A DNA stretch of 64,000 nt from Squalus acanthias (lineage: Eukaryota), in the NCBI GenBank assembly GCA_030390025.1, contig JASTWF010000033.1, forward strand, positions 6,326,001-6,390,000, read 5' to 3'. The notes under the pieces are model-generated. The model was not told where the DNA came from, ran no database searches, and saw only the letters and a list, made by a program, of their open reading frames with translations. Shown here piece by piece: positions 54,890-64,000 of this stretch (position 1 is the first letter of the stretch; each line of letters begins with the position of its first letter). The translations under genes and the position numbers were made by a program.

Positions 54890-56830
54890 CTTTGGGCTCA
54901 GTTGGTCGATTGAGGGGTACAAGGTATCAAGGAATGAGCTAAAAAAAGGAGCTTAGGAGAGCTAGGAGAGCTAGGAGGGGGCATGAGAAGTCCTTGGCGG
55001 GTGGGATCAAGAAAAACCCCAAGGCCTTTTACTCTTATGTGAGAAATAAAAGAATGACCAGGGTGAGGGTAGGGCCGGTCAAGGAGAGTAGTGGGAACTT
55101 GTGCATGGAGTCAGAAGAGATAGGAGAGGTGATGAATGAATACTTTTCGTCAGTGTTCACCGAGGAGAGGGGCCATGTTCTTGAGGATGAGAGTGTGATA
55201 AAGGTGGATAGGCTGGAGGTGGTAGATGTTCTGAGGGAAGATGCTTTTGCAATTTTGAAGAACTTGAGGGTCGATAGGTCCCCTGGCCAGATGGGATATA
55301 TCCTAGGATTCTTTGGGAGGCAAGGGAGGAGATTGCAGAGCCTCTGGCTTTGATCTTTGGGTCCTCACTGTCCACGGGAATGGTGCCAGTGGACTGGAGA
55401 GTGGCGAATGTTGTTCCTCTCTTCAAGAAAGGAAATAGGAATGACTCTGGTAATTATAGACCGGTTAGTCTTACTTCGGTGGTTGGTAAGATAATGGAAA
55501 AGGTCCTGAGGGATAGGATTTATGACCATTTGGAAAGGGGCAACTTAATCAGGGATAGTCAACACGGATTCGTGAAGGGTAAGTCTTGCCTAACAAATTT
55601 GATTGAATTCTTTGAGGAGGTAACTAAGTGTGTAGATGAAGGTAGAGCAGTTGATGTCGTATACATGGATTTTAGTAAGGCGTTTGATAAGGTTCCCCAT
55701 GGTCGGCCCATGAAGAAATTAAGGAGTTGTGGGATAGAGGGAAATTTGGCCGATTGGATAAGTAACTGGCTATCTCAGAGAAGGCAGAGGGTGGTGGTGG
55801 ATGCAGCATTTTCGGACTGGAGTCCAGTTACCAGCGGTGTGCCACAGGGGTCGGTGCTGGGTCCTCTGCTGTTTGTGATTTTTATCAATGAATTGGAGGA
55901 GGGGACTGAAGGGTGGATCAGTAAATTTGCTGATGAAACCAAGATTGGTGGAGCAGTGGATGAGGTGGAGGGCTGTTGTTGGCTGCAAAGAGACATTGAT
56001 AGGATGCAGAGCTGGGCCGAAAAATGGCAGATGGAATTTAACCCTGATAAGTGCGAGGTGATTCATTTTGGTAGGGCAAATTTGAATAAGGATTACAGGG
56101 TCAACGGCAGTGTTCTGAGGAACGTGGAGGAACAGAGTGATCTGGGGGTTCATATCCACAGATCTCTGAAGGTTGCCACTCAAGTGGATAGAGCAGTAAA
56201 GAAGGCCTATGGTGTGTTGGCGTTTATTAACAGAGGGTTTGAGTTTAAGAACCGTGAGGTTATGCTGCAACTGTACAGGACCTTGGTGAGTCCACATTTG
56301 GAATATTGTGTGCAGTTCTGGTCACCTCACTATAGGAAGGACGTGGAAGCATTGGAAAGAGTGCAAAGGAGATTTACCAGGATGCTGCCTTGTTTGGGGG
56401 GGGAGGTCTTATGAGGAAAGATTGAGGGAGTTGGGGCTTTTCTCTTTAGAGCGGAGGAGGATGAGAGGCGACTTAATAGAGGTTTATAAGATGCTGAGGG
56501 GGATAGATAGAGTGGATGTTCAGAGACTATTTCCTCGGGTAGAGGCAGTTGTTACAAGGGGGCATAACTATAAGGTGCATGGGGGGAGATATAGAAGGGA
56601 TGTCCGAGGTAGATTCTTTACTCAGAGAGTGGTTGGGGTGCGGAATGGACTGCCTGCTGTGATAGTGGAGTCGGACACTTTAGGAACTTTCAAGCGGTTA
56701 TTGGATAAGCACATGGAGCACACCAGAGTGATAGGGAGTGTGATAGCTTGATCTTGGTCTCGGACAATGCTCGGCACAACATCGAGGGCCGAAGGGCCGG
56801 TACTGTGCTGTACTGTTCTATGTTCTATGT
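54890..56830 (+). mobile_element. 5'-truncated, relatively young CR1 with 354-aa RT ORF
   Basis: ORF 55350..56414 with complete RT motifs; tail (TGTTCTA)n at ~56810. Confidence 0.93.
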
Positions 56831-57691
56831 TTATTTGTCATTCGGTAAAGCGATACAAACTACATTTCCTTGCCTTCTGTAAAATGCCAGCTGTTTGAAC
56901 AAAGCCAGCAGGAAATGACTAGCACTTTCTGTCAACATGTAGAACCAGACACTTTCAATGTTTACATGCCCACATTTAACGCAGCTCAGTGTCAGAATAG
57001 TCACGCTTATCATTAGCCTTCCAGGTATCTTGTTGAACTGCATCTCCCCAACAACCTTAGCTTATCACAGCACGGCTATCAATCAATTCATTGCCAGTGT
57101 GAAAAATGCACCATTTGAAACTTAGCAACGTGTGCAAGGCTGGAATCAGAGAGTGTCTGGGCCGTGGGCAGTGATAACTTATCCTGAGCATTAAGATATT
57201 CATTAGTCCTGAGCTCTTCCTGTATTGCTCAGTAGCCCACTGAGTGAGGAACTAAGAGACCACAGGCCGGGGATGTAGCCTGGGCATTTTCAGTTCTGTG
57301 TGGGGCTCAACACCTTACCTGCTGCTGAAGATTGAACTTGACATAATTTCAGCTGCTCGGGATCAGTGCGGCTTAGTTGGAGTTCAACCAGTCGCACCCT
57401 TCAGAACCCATCAGTGCCGAGAAAACAACGGAGAATTTTACACATGTGTTGTGTTCTGTAACTTTATATGAACATTTCAGTTTATTTCACGCTGTATCCA
57501 ACACTGTGAGGATCCCACTGGTGTATCATCTTTGTATCTTTATCAGCACTCCAGCTTTACATTAACACAACCTGAGCTCCGCGATCTGGTCGGGTCCCAT
57601 GCTCTGAAGTGAGGAATGAGCGGGAGTGGCAATTCCACCCGGGGTTAGAAAATCCTCTAAAATCATGACACAATATTTAGTTTACTGCGCA

Positions 57692-57765
57692 GCCGCAATA
57701 GCTCAGTTGGGACAACGTTAGACTGACAAATCTCAAGGTCCTTGTTTAAATCCCAGGTTTTGGTT
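57692..57765 (+). pseudogene. tRNA-Phe pseudogene
   Basis: GCCGCAATAGCTCAGTTGGGA..ACGTTAGACTGA...ATCT.AAGGTCC...ATCCC.GGTTT.GG; anticodon loop and B box damaged. Confidence 0.8.
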
Positions 57766-58238
57766 ACTTTGCGTCTCCTTCATTATAAGAGGAGAGAATC
57801 AGGAGAGATTTTCCGCACCTAAACCCACATCTCCGAATCGACTGGGTGTGAAACCGCATCTGATCCTCTGGATCTGGCTCCAGCCCCCCGCTGCGGATGT
57901 GAAGCCGGTTCATTTTATACCGGGACAGTGTTTGATGGAGGTGCTGTTCTGCGGTGGTGCAATAATAATTTTCAGAATGAAGTTTGGTAAATTAAAGAGC
58001 TCTTTTTTCTGATACTTTCGATTTAAACTCTGCCCAGTTGTATATATGAACAGTTAACAATGTTTAAGCGATGTGCTGTGTTCAATGTTTTTACGGTAAC
58101 TCTGTCACCCAGTGTGAGCCTGAATTACAATCCCCCAGCCTGGGCTCGAACTCATCCACTGGGCACTTTGTGGCCGGTTACCTCTGTTGATGCGAACGCG
58201 GTGATACTTCTACCAATGGTCGCGGGTTCGATCCCAAA

Positions 58239-58299
58239 CAGGCCTGACTGTGTCTTAGTTTCCGAAATCGGACCTTTTCAGACGAGTATGGCCGTAGGC
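58239..58299 (-). pseudogene. Truncated 5S rRNA pseudogene (5' half)
   Basis: Minus GCCTACGGCCATACTCGTCTGAAA...CGGAAACTAAG...GTCAGGCCTG; upstream spacer is an inverted copy of ~63010-63704. Confidence 0.8.
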
Positions 58300-59344
58300 A
58301 TCCGCTATCTGACATTCTCTTTACTTAAAGGCACATAGGGCTGTCGTCCATTCTTTTTACTTCATCTATGCGTTCATACAAGCATACAACATTCAATTTC
58401 TATTGCTTTATTTTACACCCCCGCCCCCAACTTTTCTTAGTTCACTTAGTCCCACACAAACAAACTACAAGCCCTGCCCTTCATTGCCTTCTAATAAGCT
58501 GCATAACTACCTTCCTTTCACCATTCACTCAATCACCCCCAAATTACCGACTCACTAATCACCCCCTCCACCCGACCGCAAATTCATTCGCTCAAACAAA
58601 TGACTCTCTTGAGCAAAAATGCTGCTTTTCATGTCTCAAAATACAGATAATCGGGCGCAGTCTTTTCTCGCAAGTTGTGTGACCAATTCGGTCTGGAGGG
58701 ATTCCTGGATGTGGGGTTGTGTCAGCATCCCACAACATGACAGCTGACCATGTGCTGCCTGATCATGTGACATCTGCTTACGACTTCTACAAATGTTATT
58801 GCATTGTAGCCAGGATTGTTCATAGAGTCATACAGCCATTCAGGCACAGAAGGAGGTCATTGGGCCCATCGAGCCCATGCCGGTTCTCTGTAGAGCAATC
58901 CAGTCATTTCCATTCCCCCGCTTGTTGCTCGTGGCACTGCAAGTTTATTTCCCTTAAGTGCGCATCCAATTTCCTTTTGAAATGTTTGATTTTCTCCGCT
59001 TCCACCACCCACGTCGGCAGCGAGTTCCTGGTCATTACCAAACGCTGCGTAATAAAGTTCTTTCTCACATCACCCCCGTTTCTCTTGCGCAAAACCTTCA
59101 ATCTGTTTCCCCTGGTAGTTGTACCATCAGCTAATGGGAACAGCCTTCCTCTGTCTGCAATGAAGGGTAGGGTGTGTAGTGTGTTTGTGTGGGAGCAAGA
59201 GCACGAAGAAGAGTTGGGGGCGAGGAAGTAAAATAAAGCAATATAAATTGTGTGCTGTATGCTTGTATAAACGCATAAATGAAGAAACACGAATGGACGA
59301 CAGCCCTATGTGCATTTACGTAAAGAGAATGCCAGATAGCGGAT

Positions 59345-59467
59345 ACCTACGGCCATACTAGTCTGAAAACGCCAGATCTAGTCTGATCTCTGGAAGTCTA
59401 AGCAGAGTTTAGGCCTGGGTAGTACTTAGGTGGGAGATCGCCTGGTAATATCAGGTGAAGTAGGCTT
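59345..59467 (+). rRNA. 5S rRNA gene copy, divergent (likely pseudogene)
   Basis: CCTACGGCCATACTAGTCTGAAAACGCC.GATCT.GTCTGATCTC...TAAGCAG...AGTACTT.G.TGGGAGA.CGCCTGG.AATA.CAGGTG..GTAGGCTT. Confidence 0.85.
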
Positions 59468-59689
59468 CTGCTGCCGCCACAGGCAGCTCAGGATCTGCAC
59501 ACACAGTGCTGTTAATGAATCAACAACCTTTTTTGTTGCTCTCTCGCATTCCTTAGACCATTTCTTCGCTGCACATTCTCCTGCTGCTACACAAAGACAA
59601 GGGGCTCGAGAGAGAGGGCTGGAAAAGCAGAAGAAGAAAATAAGATAGCCAAAAAACACACACTGACGGAGGGGCTCCCCGACACAGCA

Positions 59690-61370
59690 GTCGAGAGGAG
59701 AGACAAGGTGCATAGAAATCTAGGAGGAACAAACAGAAACAGATTAAATAATAATGCAGAAAGAGCAGCAGTTAAAATGACGAAAACATCAAAGCCAACT
59801 AGCATGCTGTTGCAATGCATGTGTGTTAATGCGAGGAGTTTACAGATAAGATTCACGAGCCGTAGGCGCAAGATGCCAAATAAGGTTATGAAATAGAGAT
59901 TATAACGGAGACCTGGCTTATAAATGGGTATAATTGGATAATGTCTTGCATCTCAGGTTAAAAGGGGAAGTTGGGGTGGAGAAAGCAGAAGGGTTTGCCT
60001 TAATCTTCCAATCTTCCCTAGATGCTGGGGAGGTGCCAGAGAATTGGAAAGTAGTAGATGTGACATCCCTGTTCAATATGTGGAGATGCCGGTGTTGGAC
60101 TGGGGTGGTCAAATCCTTGTTCAAGACAGGGTGTAAGGACAAACCTAGTAACTACAGACCGGTTAGTTTAACATCAGTACTGGGTAAGATTTTAGAAACA
60201 ATATTCAGGGGAAAATTAACAGGCATTTGGAGAGGTTTAAGTCAATTAAGGAGAGCCAGCACGAATTTGTAAAATACAGATTGTGTTTGACTAATTTAAT
60301 TGATTTTTTTGATGAAGGAACAGAGAAGGTTGATATCGGGATTGTAGCGGATGTTGTCTATATGGATTTTAAGAAAGCGTTTGAGACAAAATACCACATA
60401 AAACGCTGGTTAACAAAATTGAGACTCATGGAATAGGAGGGTCGGTGACAGATTTGATAAGAAATGGGCTTATGGACAGAAAACAGCGAGTCGAGGTAAA
60501 TGGTTGTTTTTCAGACTGGAGGATTGCAGACAGTAGTGTTCTCCAAGTGTCAATGCTAGGGCCCCTGCTTTTTTGAAAAATATAAATGAATTGGATATTG
60601 GAACACAGAGTAATATTTGGAAATTTGCCGATGATACCAAACTTGGAGGTGTGGAGGATACCAATCGACTGCAAAAAGACATAGACAAAGTTAGCAGAAT
60701 GGGCAGACAAGCGTCACTTGGAATTTATTACAGAGAAGTATGAGGCGATGCATTTTGGTTGAAGGGATAGGGATAGGCAATATAGACTGAATGGAACACT
60801 TCTAAAGAGTGTGCAGGGAGAGAGGAACCTCGTGGTTCATGTGCTTAGACCTTTGAAGGTGGCAGGACATATTTAGAGAGTAGTGATCAAAGCATATGTG
60901 ATCTTGCGCTTCATAAATAGAGGTATTGAGCACAAAAGCAGGGAAGATATGCTGAACCATTATAATTCTCTGGTTAGGCTACAACTAGAGCATTGCGAGC
61001 ATTTCTGATCACCCCACTTTAGGCAGGATATGAAGGACCTTGAGAGGGTGCAGAGGAGATTCACAAGAATGTTTCCAGGGATGAGGGATTTTAGCTACAA
61101 TGCCAGGTTGGAGAAACTGGAGTTGTTCTCCTTGGAGCAAAGGAAATTGAGGGGAGGTTTGATACAGGTGCACAAGATTATGAAGGGTTTCGATAAGGTA
61201 GACAGAGAAAGGCGGTTCCCATTAGCTGATGATACAAGGACTAGGGGACACAGACTTAAGGTTTTGGACAAGAGATAAAGTGGGAATGTGAGGAAGAACT
61301 TTATTATGCAGCGAGTGATAATGACCTGGAACTCGCTGCCGACGAGTGTGGTGGAAGCGGAGATGATCAA
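59690..61370 (+). mobile_element. Degenerate, internally deleted CR1
   Basis: CVNARSL, SNYRPVSLTSV, YMDFKKAF, ERVQRRFTRM in broken frames. Confidence 0.8.
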
Positions 61371-63010
61371 ACATAGAAACATAGAAATATAGGAGCAGGA
61401 GTAGGCCCTTCGAGCCTGCTCCACCAATCAATATGATCATGGCTGATCCTCTATCTCAATATTCCCGCTATCTCCCCATGCTACATGATGCCTTTTGTGT
61501 CTAGAAATCTATCTATCTCCTTCTTAAATATATTCAGTGACTTGGCCTTCACAGCCTTCTGTGGTAGAGAATTCCATAGGTTCACCACCCCCTGAGTGAA
61601 GAAATTTCTCCTCATCTCAGTCCTACATGTCCTACCCCGTATCTTGAGACTGTGACCCCTCGTTCTAGAACCCCCAGCCAGGGGAAACATCCTCCCTACA
61701 TCCAGTCTGTCTAGCCCTATCAGAATTTTATACGTTTCAATGAGATCCCCTCTCATTCATCTAAAGTCTAGGGAATACAGGCCTAGTCGACCTAATTTCT
61801 TCTCGTACGACAGTCCTGCCATCCCATGAATCAGACTGGTGAACATTCACTGCACTCCATCTTTGGCAAGTATATCCTTTATTAGGTAAGGAGACCAAAA
61901 CTGAACACAGTACTCCAGGTGTGGTCTCACCAAGGCCCTGCACAACTGTAGTAAGACATCTTAGCTCCAGTACTCAAATCCTCTTGCAATGAAGGCCAAC
62001 ATACCATTTGCATTCCTAAATGCTTGCTGCACCTGATTGTTTGTTTTCAGTGACTGGTGTACAAGGACACTCAGGTCCCTCTGTACATTAACATTTCCCA
62101 ATCTATCACCATTTAAATAATACTCTACATTTCTGTTTTTCCTACCGAAGTGGATAAATTCACATTTATCCACGTTATACTTCATCTGCCATGTATTTGC
62201 CCACTCAGCCAACTTGTCTAAATCGCCTTGAAGCCTCTTTGTATCCCCTCACAAATCAGAATCCCACCTAGTTTCGTGTCGTCAGCAAACATGGAAATAT
62301 TACATTTGTTTCCCTCATCCAAATCATTGATATATATTGTGAAAAGCTGGGGCCCAAGCACTGATCCTTGCGGTACCCTACTAGTTACCGCCTGCCACCC
62401 CGAAAAATACACATTTATTCGTACTCTCTGTTTCCCGTCTGTTAACCAATTTTCAATACATGCCAGTATATTACTCCCAATCCCATGTGCTTTAATTTTG
62501 CACACTAACCTCTTATGTGGGACTTAATCAAACGCCTTCTGAAAATCCAAATACACCACATCCACTGGTTCGCCCTTATCTATTCTAAAAGTTACATCCT
62601 CAAAAAACTCAAGTCGGTTTGTCAAACCCGATTTCCCTTTCATAAATCCATGTTTATTTTTCTAATCCCGTTGATATTTTCTAAGTGTCCTGTTATCTCT
62701 TCTTTTATAGTAGACATTATAGCACTTTCCCTACTATTGATGTGAGGCTAACCGGTCTGTAGTACCCTGTTTTCTCTCTCCCACCTTTTTAAATTGTGGT
62801 GTTACATTTGCCACTCTCCAAACTGCAGGAAATGTTCCATAATCTTTAGAAATTTGGAAGATAATAACCAATGCATCCATTCCTTCCATGTCTACCTCTT
62901 TCAGTACTCTGGGATGCAAATTATCAGGCCCTGGGGATTTATCAGCTTTCAGTCCCATTAATTTCTCCAGCACTATTTTTTTACTAATAAAATTTTCCTT
63001 TAATTCCTCA
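61371..63010 (-). mobile_element. 5'-truncated CR1
   Basis: RT ORFs 61481..63138; (TTTCTATG)n tail at ~61371. Confidence 0.9.
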
Positions 63011-63704
63011 ATAATTTCAAAAGGATATTGGATGGACACTTGAGGGAAATAAACTTGCAGGGTCACGGGAATAGAGCGGGGGAAATGGGACTGATTCGAT
63101 TTCTCTCCAGTGAGCCGGCAAGGATTCGATGGGCCCAATGGCCTCCTTCTGTGCTGTAATGCCTGAATGACTCTATAAAGAACCCTGGCTGCAATGTAAT
63201 AACATTTGTAGAAGTTGTGTGGTTACATGTCACTTGATCAGGCAGCACATGGTCAGATGTCATGTTGTGGGATGGTGACACGACCATACATCCAGGAATC
63301 CCTCCAAGCAGAGTTGGCAACACGACTTGCGAGAAAAGACTGCGCCCCGATTGTCTCTATTTTGAGGCCTGAGGGAGCAGCATTTTTGCACAAGTGAGTG
63401 TTTTGGTTCAGCGAGTGAATTTGCGGTGGGGTGGAGTGGGGTGATTCGTGAGTCGGTAATTTGGGTGTGAGTGAGTGAATGGTGAAAGGGAGGTAGTTTT
63501 GCAGCTTAATAGAAGGCAATGAAGGGTAAGTCTTGTAGTTTGTTTGTGTGGGAGTAGGAGCACCAATAAGAGTTGGGGGGCGGGGGAGTAAAATAAAGCA
63601 ATAGAAATTGAGTTATATATGCTTGTATGAACCCATAGACGAAGAAAAAAAGAATGGACGACAGCCCTATGTGCATTTAAGTAAAGTAAAGCCAGACATC
63701 CGAT

Positions 63705-63826
63705 GCCTACGGCCATACTAGTCTGAAAGCTCCCGATCTCATCTGATTTCAAGAAACTAAGCAGAGTCAGGCCTGGTTAGTTACTTGTTTGGGAGACCGC
63801 CTGGTAATGTCAAGTGCAGTACGCTT
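63705..63826 (+). rRNA. 5S rRNA gene copy, divergent (likely pseudogene)
   Basis: GCCTACGGCCATACTAGTCTGAAAGCTCCCGATCTC...GGCCTGGTTAG.TACTTG..TGGGAGACCGCCTGG...GCTTTT terminator. Confidence 0.87.
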
Positions 63827-64000
63827 TTGCTGCCGCCACAGGCTGCTCACGGTTCTGCACACGCACTGCTGTTAACCCTTCGATTACATTTTTGCTGCTC
63901 TCTCTCGCTTTCCTTTGACCATATCTTCGCTGCACATTCTCCTGCTGCTACACAAACACAAGGGGGTCGAGACAGAGGGCTGGAAAAGCAGAAGAAGAAA

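Noticed and set aside
58130..58238. tRNA-like sequence with GGTTCGATCCC
   Set aside because: B-box-like motifs are present, but I could not assign an isotype or fold a cloverleaf.

Overview
Repeat-dominated vertebrate genomic DNA, most likely from a cartilaginous fish (inferred from HER1-type CR1 tails, a DeuSINE, Penelope elements and a shark-type GPR139-like first exon). Left to right: an 8.6-kb GC-rich 18-bp satellite; nested CR1, Penelope and Tx1 retroelements with two minimal hammerhead ribozymes and a 1.67-kb solo LTR; an orphan GPCR first exon; a second 18-bp minisatellite; a cluster of decayed tRNA genes; and rearranged 5S rDNA units. The standout is a very young 9,322-bp LTR element (43934-53255, minus strand). 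It has two 1,651-bp near-identical LTRs, a 4-bp TSD, a tRNA-Arg PBS and a gag with a CCHC knuckle. It has no pol: the gag stop, in a UGA-CUAG readthrough context, leads in frame into an unrelated ORF. It also carries an intact 783-aa envelope that joins an Ig-like domain to a paramyxo/baculovirus-F-like fusogen. All calls were made by eye with no database searches; boundaries of old repeats are approximate.
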